From an uncultured Verrucomicrobiae bacterium (GTDB lineage: Bacteria; Verrucomicrobiota; Verrucomicrobiia; Opitutales; JABDGR01): a DNA stretch of 64,000 bases. Numbering within the stretch: position 1 is the first letter of the stretch; the number at the start of each line of letters is the position of its first letter. The notes below the pieces were generated by a model. That model was not told where the DNA came from. It saw only the letters and a program-made list of their open reading frames with translations, and ran no database searches. Positions 10,877-20,642 of the stretch are shown here, piece by piece. The stretch is taken from the NCBI GenBank assembly GCA_963765205.1, contig CAVXVB010000002.1, positions 160,001 to 224,000 of the forward strand, given 5' to 3'. Made by a program: the position numbers and the translations under genes.

Positions 10877-11058
10877 ATGCCAAATCCCCAGCCATGGATG
10901 TCCCTAATTCTCGCCTTTGTCCAGATATGGTTCACGGTAACCAGAAAGACCACGTTGTTTGACAGAGCCATTGAATGCTGAAGAAAGTTTCTAATCAGAC
11001 TGCCGAAGAGTTCACTTAATTGCTCTTGCAGTGTTGGTATTGTTTTGTCATCGCTCAT
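10877..11058 (-). pseudogene. AT-rich hypothetical gene truncated by IS5
   Basis: ORF MSDDKTIPTLQEQ.. runs into the IS TIR at 10874. Confidence 0.35.
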
Positions 11059-11188
11059 GTTCGTTCAATTAAAGGCATCCAGCCGTTTTTTTGCCAGTAA
11101 AATATTGGCAATGTAGCATCTGGAACCGAATGCTCAAATGCCATTGCAAGGCCTAGGTCATGGAAAGGCGGCTCCGTCGCCGACGTTC

Positions 11189-12220
11189 TCAGTCCCTTTC
11201 CCTAAATTCCCCCGCCCAGCCCGCGGCAAAATAAGTCAGGATGATGTCCGCGCCGGCGCGGCGGATGGCCAGCAGGGCTTCATCGCGCGCGGCGCGCCAG
11301 TCGAGCCAGCCGCGCTCGCCGGCGGCGAAAATCTGCGCGTATTCGCCTGAGACCTGGTAGGCCGCCACCGGCAGCCGCGAGTGCGCGCGCAAATCGGCGA
11401 TGATATCGAGGTAAAGCAGCGCCGGCTTGACCATGAGGATATCCGCGCCCTCGGCTTCGTCCAGCGCAGCCTCGCGCAACGCCTCGCGGCGGTTGGCGGG
11501 GTCCATCTGGTAGGTCGCCTTGCTCAGCGGCGGCTGGCCGGGCGCGCGCTTGCTGCCGACGGCGTCGCGAAACGGTCCATAATAGGCCGAGGCGTATTTC
11601 GCACAATAGGCCAGGATGCCGGTCGCCTCATGGCTGGCGGCGTCGAGCGCGCGGCGAATCGCTCCCACCCGCCCATCCATCATGTCCGACGGCGCGACGA
11701 AATCCACGCCCGCCCGCGCGTGCAACACCGCCATCTCGGCCAAAATCGCCACCGTGCGGTCGTTGTCCACCTCATCACCCCGCCGCGTCAGCACGCCGTC
11801 GTGCCCATGGGTCGTGTAGGGGTCGAGCGCGAGGTCCGCAAAAATCGGCAGCACCGGCGCGGCGGATTTGACCTCGCCCACCGCGCGTAGAACCAGCGAC
11901 CGCGGATTGAGCGCCTCGCGGCCCAGATCGTCCTTGCGCTTCGGATTCACTTTCGGAAACAGCGCCACGCCGCCCAAGCCGAGGTTGGCCAGCTCCCGGC
12001 AATGCGCGCCCAGGCCGCCCAAGGGAATCCGCGCCACCCCCGGCAGCGACGGAATCGGCTCCGGTTCCTTCCCCTCGCACACAAACACCGGCTGGATCAA
12101 CTGCGCCGGCACGAGGTGCGTCTCCCGCACCAAGGCGCGCAGGGCCGCCGTGCGACGCAGGCGGCGCGGCCGTTGCGGCAAATCGAGGCGAACCAAACCG
12201 GTTTTATCAGCCTTGGGCAT
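11189..12220 (-). CDS. hemB: porphobilinogen synthase
   Basis: RPRRLRR, DLALDPYTTHGHDG (Asp-rich, non-Zn type), APSDMMDGR, YGPFRDA, MVKPA and YQVSGEY. Confidence 0.97.
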   Translation of the reverse strand: MPKADKTGLVRLDLPQRPRRLRRTAALRALVRETHLVPAQLIQPVFVCEGKEPEPIPSLPGVARIPLGGLGAHCRELANLGLGGVALFPKVNPKRKDDLGREALNPRSLVLRAVGEVKSAAPVLPIFADLALDPYTTHGHDGVLTRRGDEVDNDRTVAILAEMAVLHARAGVDFVAPSDMMDGRVGAIRRALDAASHEATGILAYCAKYASAYYGPFRDAVGSKRAPGQPPLSKATYQMDPANRREALREAALDEAEGADILMVKPALLYLDIIADLRAHSRLPVAAYQVSGEYAQIFAAGERGWLDWRAARDEALLAIRRAGADIILTYFAAGWAGEFRERD

Positions 12221-12303
12221 CGGAACCGACAATCCTGCCAGAATCCGCCCCCCGGCGAAAGCCAGAAAAATCACCAAAATAATCTGCTTTGCCTGCTCCG
12301 TTT

Positions 12304-12345
12304 TTACTTCTTAATTCTTAAACCTTACTTCTTAATTCCTGATTC
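12304..12345 (+). repeat. heptamer tandem repeat (TTAMTTC-like x6) immediately 5' of cysS
   Basis: TTACTTC TTAATTC TTAAACC TTACTTC TTAATTC CTGATTC. Confidence 0.7.
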
Positions 12346-12350
12346 ACCCC

Positions 12351-13812
12351 ATGTCTCTGCGCCTCCACAACACCCTGACCCGCGCGGTCGAGCTTGTCGC
12401 GCCCACCGCGCCCGACGGCGTCTTCCGCCTGTATTGCTGCGGGCCGACGGTGTATGGCCCCGCGCATATTGGCAATTTCCGCACCTTCGTCGTGCAGGAC
12501 GTCCTCCGCCGTGCTATCGAAATCGAATGCGGCCCCGCCCGCGTGCTGCACGCCCGCAACCTCACTGACGTGGATGACAAAACTATCCGCGAGTCCCAGG
12601 CCGCCGGCCAGTCCCTCGCCGATTTCACGCGCGGCTGGACGGAAAAATTCCGCGCCGACGGCCTCGCCCTCAGTTTGCGGCCCGTCCATTTCGAGCCGGG
12701 CGCCATCGCCCATATCCCCGAACAAGTCGCCCTCATCGAAAAATTGCTCGCCCACGGCCACGCCTACCGCGCGGACGACGGCTCGGTGTATTTCAAAGTC
12801 TCGTCCTTTGCGCGCTATGGGCAGCTTTCGCACTTGAAGCTCGCAGAGTTGGAAACCCAGCACGCCAACAGCGCCGGCCAGCTCAATGAAGCCGACGAAT
12901 ACTCGCGCGAGCACGTCGCCGATTTCGCGCTCTGGAAGGCGCGCAAGCCCGAGGACGGCCCCAACTTCTGGCCCAGCCCCTGGGGCGAAGGTCGCCCCGG
13001 CTGGCACATTGAGTGCAGCGCGATGATCGAAAAAGTCTTCGACGGCGCGACCATTGACCTGCACGGCGGCGGCGTGGACCTGATGTTCCCGCACCACGAA
13101 AACGAAATCGCCCAATCCTGCTGCGCGCACGATGGCGACGCCAGTTACGCCTTCGTGCGCCACTGGTTCCACAGCGCGCACCTGCTTGTGGACGGGCGCA
13201 AGATGTCCAAAAGCCTCGGCAATCTCTACACGCTCGCCGACATCGAAAAAATGGGCTTTGCCCCCACCGTGCTGCGCTACGCGCTCCTCGCCGGCCACTA
13301 CCGCTCGCCCCTCAATTTCTCCAAGCACGGCCTCGAAGCCGCCGATAGCGCCGTCCACAAACTCGACAAAAACCTGCGCGCCCTCGCCGCGCGCGCGGCG
13401 GGCGACCCCGCGAAGGCGCCGGAACTCATTGCCCGCCTGAAAAAATCCGCGCCCGAAGCCCTCCGCTGGGGTCGCTACGCCACCGCCTGGACCGCGCTGT
13501 CAGACGACCTCAACGTCCCCGGCGCCCTCGGCGAAATTTTCAAAATCGAGCCAAAAACCGCCACGATTGAGCAGGCAATGGAAGACCTTGAAGGCTTCAT
13601 CAAAATCACCGTCGTCGCGCTCGGGCTGGACCTGCCCCTGCCCGAGATTCATGACTGCAGCCCCCGCCGAAATCACCGCCCTCGCCCAAGCCCGCTGGGA
13701 CGCCAAACAAGCCAAAAACTTCGCCCAAGCCGACGCCCTCCGCCAGCAAATCGAATCCCACGGCTGGAAAGTCCTCGACCGCAAGGACGGCTTCGGGCTG
13801 GAAAAGCTTTGA
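12351..13812 (+). CDS. cysS: cysteine--tRNA ligase (apparent frameshift near 13650)
   Basis: [41 protein letters not shown] and KMSKS; the anticodon-binding tail ([21 protein letters not shown]) is in the +1 frame and ends at 13812. Confidence 0.93.
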
Positions 13813-13873
13813 GCACACACCGTCGAATATACAATGTCTGGTCGCCACCAAAAGCTTCGGTTTGTGTACAGCC

Positions 13874-14903
13874 TAGAGCATTTTCGATTTAGATAGACGC
13901 ATATTGGGCATGACCAAAGAAGCCTTGGCAATGGGTGGAGGTGAAGGAGGCGAGGGCTGGAACCAAAGCGGTTTGGAGGTCCGTGAGGGTTCGTGCGGCG
14001 GCTTGCCGAAGATGGGCTTTGAGTTTGGCGAAGGCCTGTTCGATGGGGTTGAGATCGGGGCTATACGGCGGCAGATAGCGCACGCGGGCGCCGCGGGCGG
14101 CCAGCACCGCGGCGACGCTGGCCGTTTTGTGGGTGGCGAGGTTGTCGAGGATCACGGTGTCGCCCTCCCGCAATTCCGGGCCGAGCACTTGTTGGAGGTA
14201 GGCGGTGAACACGTCGGTGTCCACTGCGCCTTCGATCAGAAAAGGCGCAGTCACGGCGTCCACGCGCAACGCGGCGATAAAGGTGGAAGTGTGCCAGTGC
14301 CCGTGGGGCACGCGCCCGAGGCAACGCTGGCTGCGCGGGGCCCGCCCATACAGCCGCGCCATCTTGGTGTTCAAGCCGGTCTCGTCGATGAAGACCAACC
14401 GTCGGCTGTCCCAGCTGGGCTGATCCTGGCGCCACTGGTGCCGGGCCGCTTTAACGTCGGGTTCGATCTTGCTCGGCGGCGCGCGTCGTTTTTTTTATAG
14501 CTCAAGCCCAGCCGCTCCAGCCGGTGCCACAGCGCGTTGAGGCCCAGCCGCACGCCGAGTTGCTCGCGGCAGCGCGTTTGCAGTTGCGCCAGCGTCAGGT
14601 CGGGCTGCGCCGCGATCCACGCCCGCACCTTGCGCTCATGCTCCGCCAGCCGGGAGCGGCGGCAGCCGCCGATTTGTTTCGGCCGGCAGTGGCCCCGGCG
14701 GCGGTATTGGTTCCAGAAGCGTTCGGCGCTGCTGCGGCTGACCCCAAAACGGCGGCAGACCTCGCCCGTGCCTTCCCCGGCTTCGCGCGCCCGCACGATG
14801 CGCTGGCGCAAATCTTCCGAGAGTGGTTTCATGGTGGTGGCCTCCTTTTCCACCATTATACACCGCTTTCAGCAATACGTCTATTTAAATCGAAAATGCT
14901 CTA
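13874..14903 (-). mobile_element. IS630-family insertion sequence (copy A)
   Basis: 24-bp TIR GAGCATTTTCGATTTARATAGACG (1 mismatch); TA duplication inside CTAG on both flanks. Confidence 0.95.
13889..14832 (-). CDS. IS630 transposase, split into HTH and DDE ORFs at an A8 run
   Basis: MKPLSEDLRQRIV.. HTH; YKK/A8 junction near 14490; FIDETG, VILDN and LPPYSPDLNPIE. Confidence 0.88.
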
Positions 14904-15335
14904 GAAGGCAAGCTTGACGTACTTTACGGGAACAGAGAAAGTCTAGGAGACAAGGAACAAAGTCATCGTTATAATGCCAACCAATACGTCGGGTCTCGAC
15001 CATAGATATGGCATCCCTGGTAGTTAATCGGATGACGGAAATCGCCAAAAACACAAAATTTGATGACAAAATGGTTCCGGTAAAATGCTTACGGCGGGCC
15101 ATCAGAGAAGCCAAAGAAGAAATTTATGAGGCGCAGGGAATGAAAAATTGCACGCCTTTGGAAAAAGAGAAGTTTTTCTTTAACAAACCAACTGATTTTC
15201 TGCTTGGGTAACAGAGCAGTATAGCGCACTTTCAAAGAACAGCATTATTTGGCCAGAAGATATGCGTGCCGGAACTTTAGATTTTATTGAATCAGTGAGT
15301 CATCGAGCGGGCATTACCCATTGGAAAGGTTCGGC

Positions 15336-16211
15336 CTACTTTTTCTTCCCACTTTTCTTGGGCGGAGGGCGTTTGGCAGGGGATTTGGGCTTTTCCTCGT
15401 CCTCGTCGTCCTCATCTTTGTCTGCGTCCACGGTGTCTTCTTCTTCGTCGACCTTGTCCTCCGTGTCGGCTTCGTCGTCCTCGTCTTCGTCGTCGGCGAG
15501 GGCGTCGAGGTCTTCAGTGGCTTCCTCTTCCTTTTTCTCCTCTTCGTCATCCCACTTCATGGTTTCGTCTTCCTCGATTTTTTCATCTTCGATTTCGGGG
15601 AAATCCTCGGCGGCGGCCTCTTCGGTGGCGCCCTTTTCGGACTCCTCGTGCGTATGCTCCACGTCCTCGTCCACCTCGAAGCCCTTGGGGACGTATTCTA
15701 GGATGTCGGTGATTTCCTGGAAGGCGTGCAGCGCGCGGCCTTCGAGGAAGGCGTTGTGGTGGTCCTCGCGGATTTCCTCCTCGAGGTCCTCGACGGTCAG
15801 GTGTTTTTCCAAGTCAATGGCGTCGTTGAGGAACTTGACGCGCAGCTTGGTGATGTGGTCGAGGAAGTCCGCGTAGGGGCCTTTTTCCTCATCCACCTGG
15901 TCGGGCAGGGCAAAGAGTTTTTCGTCGGATTCAAGGAGCGACTCGTGCGCGCGGGAGAGCTTGACCTTGTTGTCGGGGAGGGTCTCCTTGATGGTGAAGG
16001 GGATAAATGCGGCGTCGAAGATGTCGGGCTGAAAGCCGTAGTCGCGCAGCGGGTCGAGCAGGTCGAGGATGTGGGCGAGCTGGCGCGGGTCAATGATGGA
16101 CAGGCCGTCCACGTCCCAGCGGACGCTGTCGCTGACTTCAGCGACCCACCAGTTGAGGTCGTCACCGAGGCGCACGATGCACCATTCGAGTTTAGGCAAG
16201 GGCTTTGGCAT
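15336..16211 (-). CDS. hypothetical protein with very acidic C-terminal tail
   Basis: Globular N-terminal region (WCIVRLGDDLNWWV, WDVDGLSIIDPRQ), ~95-aa D/E-rich tail ending in a Lys-rich tip; strong GC3 bias. Confidence 0.85.
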   Translation of the reverse strand: MPKPLPKLEWCIVRLGDDLNWWVAEVSDSVRWDVDGLSIIDPRQLAHILDLLDPLRDYGFQPDIFDAAFIPFTIKETLPDNKVKLSRAHESLLESDEKLFALPDQVDEEKGPYADFLDHITKLRVKFLNDAIDLEKHLTVEDLEEEIREDHHNAFLEGRALHAFQEITDILEYVPKGFEVDEDVEHTHEESEKGATEEAAAEDFPEIEDEKIEEDETMKWDDEEEKKEEEATEDLDALADDEDEDDEADTEDKVDEEEDTVDADKDEDDEDEEKPKSPAKRPPPKKSGKKK

Positions 16212-16399
16212 AAGAAGGCTTTGCCTTCCCCAAAAAGGCATCGCCCGGCATTTGTCAACCTATGTAATGAAATATATTTGAGGCGGGGGTGGGGGGTGGG
16301 AGGTGTCTGCCGGGCGGTGCGGGGACGGGAAACGGAGGGCTTTACCTTGGTGCGGAGATGATTGCCAAGCGCGGATGACGTCCATAAGGTGGGCGTTCC

Positions 16400-17458
16400 A
16401 TGGGTGTCATTTACGAAAAGATCTTCCGGCCCCGGCTGTTCAGCCACGACGCCGAGAAGTCCCACGAACAGGCGCTGGTGGCGCTGCAAACCCTCGCCAA
16501 GGCGGGGCCGCTGTGCTCCCTGCTGGCCTGGGCCAACCGCGTCCACGGCGCGCGGCCCATTGAACTGTTCGGCCTGAAGTTCCCCAACGCAGTCGGTCTG
16601 GCTGCCGGGTTCGATAAGAACGCCGTAGGCTGCCGCGCGGCGCCGGCGCTGGGCTTTGGTCATGTCGAGATCGGCACGGTCACGCTCCACGCGCAGCCCG
16701 GCAACGCCCGCCCACGGATGTTCCGCCTGCCGGAGCAGGAGGCCCTCATCAACCGCCTCGGTTTCCCCAACGATGGTTCGGAGGCCGTCGCGCAGCGCTT
16801 GGCGCGGTTTCCGTTGAAGCTGCGCCGCATCCCGCTGGGCGTCAATCTCGGCAAGTCGAAGAGCGTGCCCCTCGAACAGGCGGCCAACGATTACCTGGCC
16901 TCGTTCAACCTGCTGGCCGACCACGCGGACTATTTCGTCATCAACGTCTCCAGCCCGAACACGCCGGAATTGCGCCGGCTCCAGACGCAGGAATTTTTGC
17001 CGGGGCTGCTCAAGCTCATGCGCAAAAGCGCGCGCGACCGCGCCCGCAAGCTCGGCGCGCGCCCCGTGCCGCTGCTGCTCAAAATCGCGCCCGACCTGAC
17101 CTTCGCGGAGATTGACGAACTACTCGCCACCGTCGCCGAGCACGAGCTGGACGGCGTCATCGCCACCAACACCACGGTCGCGCGCCCCGGCATTGAGGGT
17201 GCCACCGAATCCGGGGGCCTCAGTGGCCGCCCGCTGCACGCGCGCGTCGTCGAGATCGTCCGCTTCATTTCCCTGGCGACGCAGGGCCGGCTGCCCATCA
17301 TCGGCTGCGGCGGCATCCTCGGCCCCGCCGACGCGCACCGGCTGATGGACAACGGCGCGGGGCTGGTCCAGCTCTACACCGGGCTGGTTTACCGCGGCCC
17401 GTTTTTCGCGCGCGACCTCGCCCACGCGCTGGCCTGGCGGCACAAGGAGTGGGTCTAA
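16400..17458 (+). CDS. pyrD: quinone-dependent dihydroorotate dehydrogenase
   Basis: GLAAGFDKN, EIGTVT, INRLGFPN, NVSSPNTP, KIAPD, ATNTT and GGLSG. Confidence 0.96.
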   Translation: MGVIYEKIFRPRLFSHDAEKSHEQALVALQTLAKAGPLCSLLAWANRVHGARPIELFGLKFPNAVGLAAGFDKNAVGCRAAPALGFGHVEIGTVTLHAQPGNARPRMFRLPEQEALINRLGFPNDGSEAVAQRLARFPLKLRRIPLGVNLGKSKSVPLEQAANDYLASFNLLADHADYFVINVSSPNTPELRRLQTQEFLPGLLKLMRKSARDRARKLGARPVPLLLKIAPDLTFAEIDELLATVAEHELDGVIATNTTVARPGIEGATESGGLSGRPLHARVVEIVRFISLATQGRLPIIGCGGILGPADAHRLMDNGAGLVQLYTGLVYRGPFFARDLAHALAWRHKEWV

Positions 17459-17460
17459 TT

Positions 17461-17542
17461 AATGGAAAATGGAAGATGGAAAATGGAAAAATAAATTTCC
17501 ACGAGTCCGGTTTTTTCCATTTTCCATCTTCCATTTTCCATT
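17461..17542. repeat. perfect 31-bp inverted repeat built of heptamers (AATGGAA)
   Basis: 17461-17491 is the exact reverse complement of 17512-17542; 20-nt loop; fills the pyrD-GT2 spacer. Confidence 0.9.
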
Positions 17543-17545
17543 CTC

Positions 17546-18274
17546 ATGGTTTCTTACTCCATCGTCATCCCCGCCTACAACGAGGAGGCGCATCTGCCGG
17601 GGACCTTGGCCGCCGTGCATACGGCGATGCGTGCGGTGCCCGAGCCGGGCGAGGTCGTGGTCGTGGACAACAACTCGACCGACCGCACCGCCGCGGTGGC
17701 GCGCGAGCAGGGCGCGCGCGTCGTCTTCGAACCGGTCAACCAGATTTCCCGCGCGCGCAACGCCGGGGCCAAGGCCGCGCAGGGCGCCTGGCTGGTGTTC
17801 CTCGATGCCGACACGCTGCTGCCCGCGGAGCTGCTCGCGCGGGCCATCGAAAATCTGCGCGCGGGGAAAATCGCCGGCGGCGGCGCGCTGATGGAAATGG
17901 ACGGGCCGATTGACCCGCGTTACCAGCGGGTCGTGGACGGGTGGACGTGGGTCTCGCGCAAACTGCAATGGGCGGCGGGCAGTTTTGTGTATTGCACGCG
18001 CGAGGGCTTCGACGCCGTGGGCGGCTTTTCGCTGAAGGTTTACGCCGGCGAGGAAGTGTTTTTCTCCCATGCTTACACGAAATGGGCGCGGCGGCAGGGG
18101 CGCACTTTTTGCATCGTGGAAAGCCCGCGCGTGCGCACCTCCGCGCGCAAGATGCAGTGGTATTCCCCCGCGCAAATGCTGGGCCTGCTCGGGGTGATGA
18201 TCGTCTGCCCGATGGCCGTCCGCAGCAAACGCCTCTGCGCGTTTTGGTATCGCCGGCCCAAGCCGGCGGCCTAA
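17546..18274 (+). CDS. family 2 glycosyltransferase
   Basis: SIVIPAYNEE, VVDNNSTD, ARNAGA, FLDAD and TSARK. Confidence 0.92.
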   Translation: MVSYSIVIPAYNEEAHLPGTLAAVHTAMRAVPEPGEVVVVDNNSTDRTAAVAREQGARVVFEPVNQISRARNAGAKAAQGAWLVFLDADTLLPAELLARAIENLRAGKIAGGGALMEMDGPIDPRYQRVVDGWTWVSRKLQWAAGSFVYCTREGFDAVGGFSLKVYAGEEVFFSHAYTKWARRQGRTFCIVESPRVRTSARKMQWYSPAQMLGLLGVMIVCPMAVRSKRLCAFWYRRPKPAA

Positions 18275-18308
18275 AGCGATGGAGACGCCTTTTCAACCCC
18301 AAATAAAA

Positions 18309-18390
18309 TTCACCGCCAAGGCGCAAAGAACGCAAAGGATGATTTTAGAATTACCGCCATTCTTTGCGTTCTTTGCGCCCTGGCGGTGAA
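18309..18390. repeat. 33-bp inverted repeat with 9-nt units (CGCAAAGAA); possible bidirectional terminator
   Basis: 18309-18341 vs 18358-18390, 31/33 match; lies between convergent GT2 and cysK. Confidence 0.85.
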
Positions 18391-18410
18391 CATCAGTTTG
18401 AAAACCGAAC

Positions 18411-19367
18411 TTAGCTCGCCGTGGCGGCGGCCATTTCGGTGCGGGCTTTTTCGGCCAGCGCGGTCGAGATGTAGCGTTCGCCGGCGCTCGCGGCCACGAC
18501 GACGATTTTCTTGCCCGCCGAGCTGGGGCGCTTGGCGACTTCCAGCGCGGCCCAAATCGTTGCGCCACTGGAGATGCCGACGCAGAGGCCTTCCTCGGTC
18601 GAGAGTTTCTGCGCCGTGGCAAAAGCGTCCTCGTTAGTCACCTGGATGGTTTCGTCAAGGATGGCGGTGTTGAGATTTTTCGGGATGAAGCCGGCGCCGA
18701 TGCCTTGGATTTTATGCGGGCCGGGCTTGCCCCCGGAAATCACCGCGCTGTTCGTCGGCTCGACGGCGATGGAATGCAGCTTGCGGCGCTGTTTGATGAC
18801 TTCGGAGACGCCGGTGATGGTGCCGCCGGTGCCGACGCCCGCGATGAAGATGTCCACCTGGCCCTCGGTGTCGCGCCAGATTTCCTCGGCGGTGGTGGCG
18901 CGGTGGATGGCGGGGTTGGCGGGGTTGTCGAATTGCTGCGGCATGAAGCCGTTCGCGCCGTGCTCGGCGAGGATTTGGTTCGCGCGCTCGATGGCGCCGC
19001 GCATTCCGGCCGAGCCGGGCGTTAGCACGATTTCCGCGCCCAACATGCGCAGCAGCACGCGGCGCTCCATGGACATCGTCTCGGGCATCGTCAAAATGAT
19101 CCGGTAGCCCTTTGCGGCGGCGACGAAAGCGAGGGCGATGCCGGTGTTGCCGGAAGTCGGCTCGATGATGACCATGCCGGGCTTGAGGCGGCCGTCTTTT
19201 TCGGCGGCTTCGATCATCGCGCGCCCGATGCGGTCCTTGACGGACGAGAGCGGGTTGAAGAACTCGCACTTGACGATGACTTCGCCCGGCAGCCCGGCGG
19301 AGAGTTTATTCAGGCGCACCAAAGGCGTGTTCCCGACGGTGGCGACGATGCTCGAGTAGATGTTCAT
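18411..19367 (-). CDS. cysK: cysteine synthase A
   Basis: SSVKDRIG (PLP Lys), [23 protein letters not shown] and HKIQGIGAG. Confidence 0.96.
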   Translation of the reverse strand: MNIYSSIVATVGNTPLVRLNKLSAGLPGEVIVKCEFFNPLSSVKDRIGRAMIEAAEKDGRLKPGMVIIEPTSGNTGIALAFVAAAKGYRIILTMPETMSMERRVLLRMLGAEIVLTPGSAGMRGAIERANQILAEHGANGFMPQQFDNPANPAIHRATTAEEIWRDTEGQVDIFIAGVGTGGTITGVSEVIKQRRKLHSIAVEPTNSAVISGGKPGPHKIQGIGAGFIPKNLNTAILDETIQVTNEDAFATAQKLSTEEGLCVGISSGATIWAALEVAKRPSSAGKKIVVVAASAGERYISTALAEKARTEMAAATAS

Positions 19368-19598
19368 GGGGGGAAGAGTTTTTTAGTGTTTTGGTTTTTG
19401 GTTCTCTAGTTGGGCCGGCTTGTAGGTGCTTAGTTGAAAGGAGGATGGGAGAAAAGAATGAAGTGCAAAAAGTGGTTTGTTGGGTATCTTGGGTTAGATA
19501 CTCAAGATAAAAACCAAATGAACAGGGTTAACGCAAGCCAAAAGCGAAGATTATTATGTGTAGAATGGTGGCGCGATGGGCCGTTTGGTTGAATTAGT

Positions 19599-20642
19599 TT
19601 ACCGCGCCCCGAGCGATTCCCACACCTGTTTGGCTTTATCGGCGAGAGTTTGGCGGCAGGCGGCGACGGCCGCTTCGCGACTTTTGAGGTTTTCGTTGGC
19701 GATGGCGGCGAGGTCGTCGAGGTTGAAGAGAAAAACGTTTTCCAAGCCCGCCGCCGCCGGCTCGATGTTGCGGGGCACGGCGAGGTCAATCACGAAGAGC
19801 GGGACGCCGGCGCGCCGGGCGGTGGCTTCCGCGAGTTGCGCGCGTGTTATGATAGGTGTTTCGGTGGTGAGCGCGCCGAGCACGATGTCGGCTTGGGCGA
19901 GTTGTTCGGGCACGCGGTTGAGTTCCACGGCGACACATTCGTGTTTCATGGCGACCTCGAAGGCGTGCGCGAGGCTGCGACTGGCGATGGTCACGTCGCG
20001 CGCGCCGCGGGTGCGCAGCGCCTGTAGCACGCTCTGGCCGGCTTCGCCCGCGCCGATGAGCAGCACGCGGCTGTGGCCCAGCCCGCCAAACATGCGGGTG
20101 GCCAACTCGACGGCGACTGAGCCGATGCTGACCGCGCCGCGCCCGATGGCGGTGTTGGTCCGCGCCCACTTCGCCGCCTGGAAACTTTTTTGGAAGACGC
20201 GGTTGAGCACCGGCCCCGCCGCGCCGCGCTGGGTGGCGTCGGCATACGAATCCTTCACCTGCCCGAAAATTTCCGTCTCGCCGAGCATCTGCGAATCCAG
20301 GCCCGCGGCGACGCTGAAGGCGTGCTCGACCACGGCCGCGCTCTGTTTGAAAAACGTGTAGGGTTCGACTTCGCCCGGCTCGAGTTGGTGCAGGCGGCTA
20401 ATTTCCTCGAGCAGGCGCGCGCGCAACGCCGCAGCCTCGACCGCGTCTTTCGCCACGCCGTAAAGCTCAACGCGGTTGCAGGTATTGAGGACGAGGCACT
20501 CGGACAAGTTCATCTTCTCGCGCAGTAAGGCATAAATCGCCTCGAGGCGCTCCGGCGGCACGGACAACCGCTCGCGCACCGCCAGCGGTGCGGTGCGGTG
20601 CGTGCTGCCGAGCAGGAAGATGCCGGGGCCGGAGGAATCCAT
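19599..20642 (-). CDS. hemA: glutamyl-tRNA reductase
   Basis: HRTAPLAVRE, TCNRVELY, GLDSQMLGETEIFGQVK, IGAGEAG and DLAVPRNI; ATG overlaps the ccsA stop. Confidence 0.95.
   Translation of the reverse strand: MDSSGPGIFLLGSTHRTAPLAVRERLSVPPERLEAIYALLREKMNLSECLVLNTCNRVELYGVAKDAVEAAALRARLLEEISRLHQLEPGEVEPYTFFKQSAAVVEHAFSVAAGLDSQMLGETEIFGQVKDSYADATQRGAAGPVLNRVFQKSFQAAKWARTNTAIGRGAVSIGSVAVELATRMFGGLGHSRVLLIGAGEAGQSVLQALRTRGARDVTIASRSLAHAFEVAMKHECVAVELNRVPEQLAQADIVLGALTTETPIITRAQLAEATARRAGVPLFVIDLAVPRNIEPAAAGLENVFLFNLDDLAAIANENLKSREAAVAACRQTLADKAKQVWESLGAR

Noticed and set aside
13650..13892. Novel CysS C-terminus running into the IS630
   Set aside because: Artefact of the frameshift; the real anticodon-binding tail is in the +1 frame and ends at 13812.
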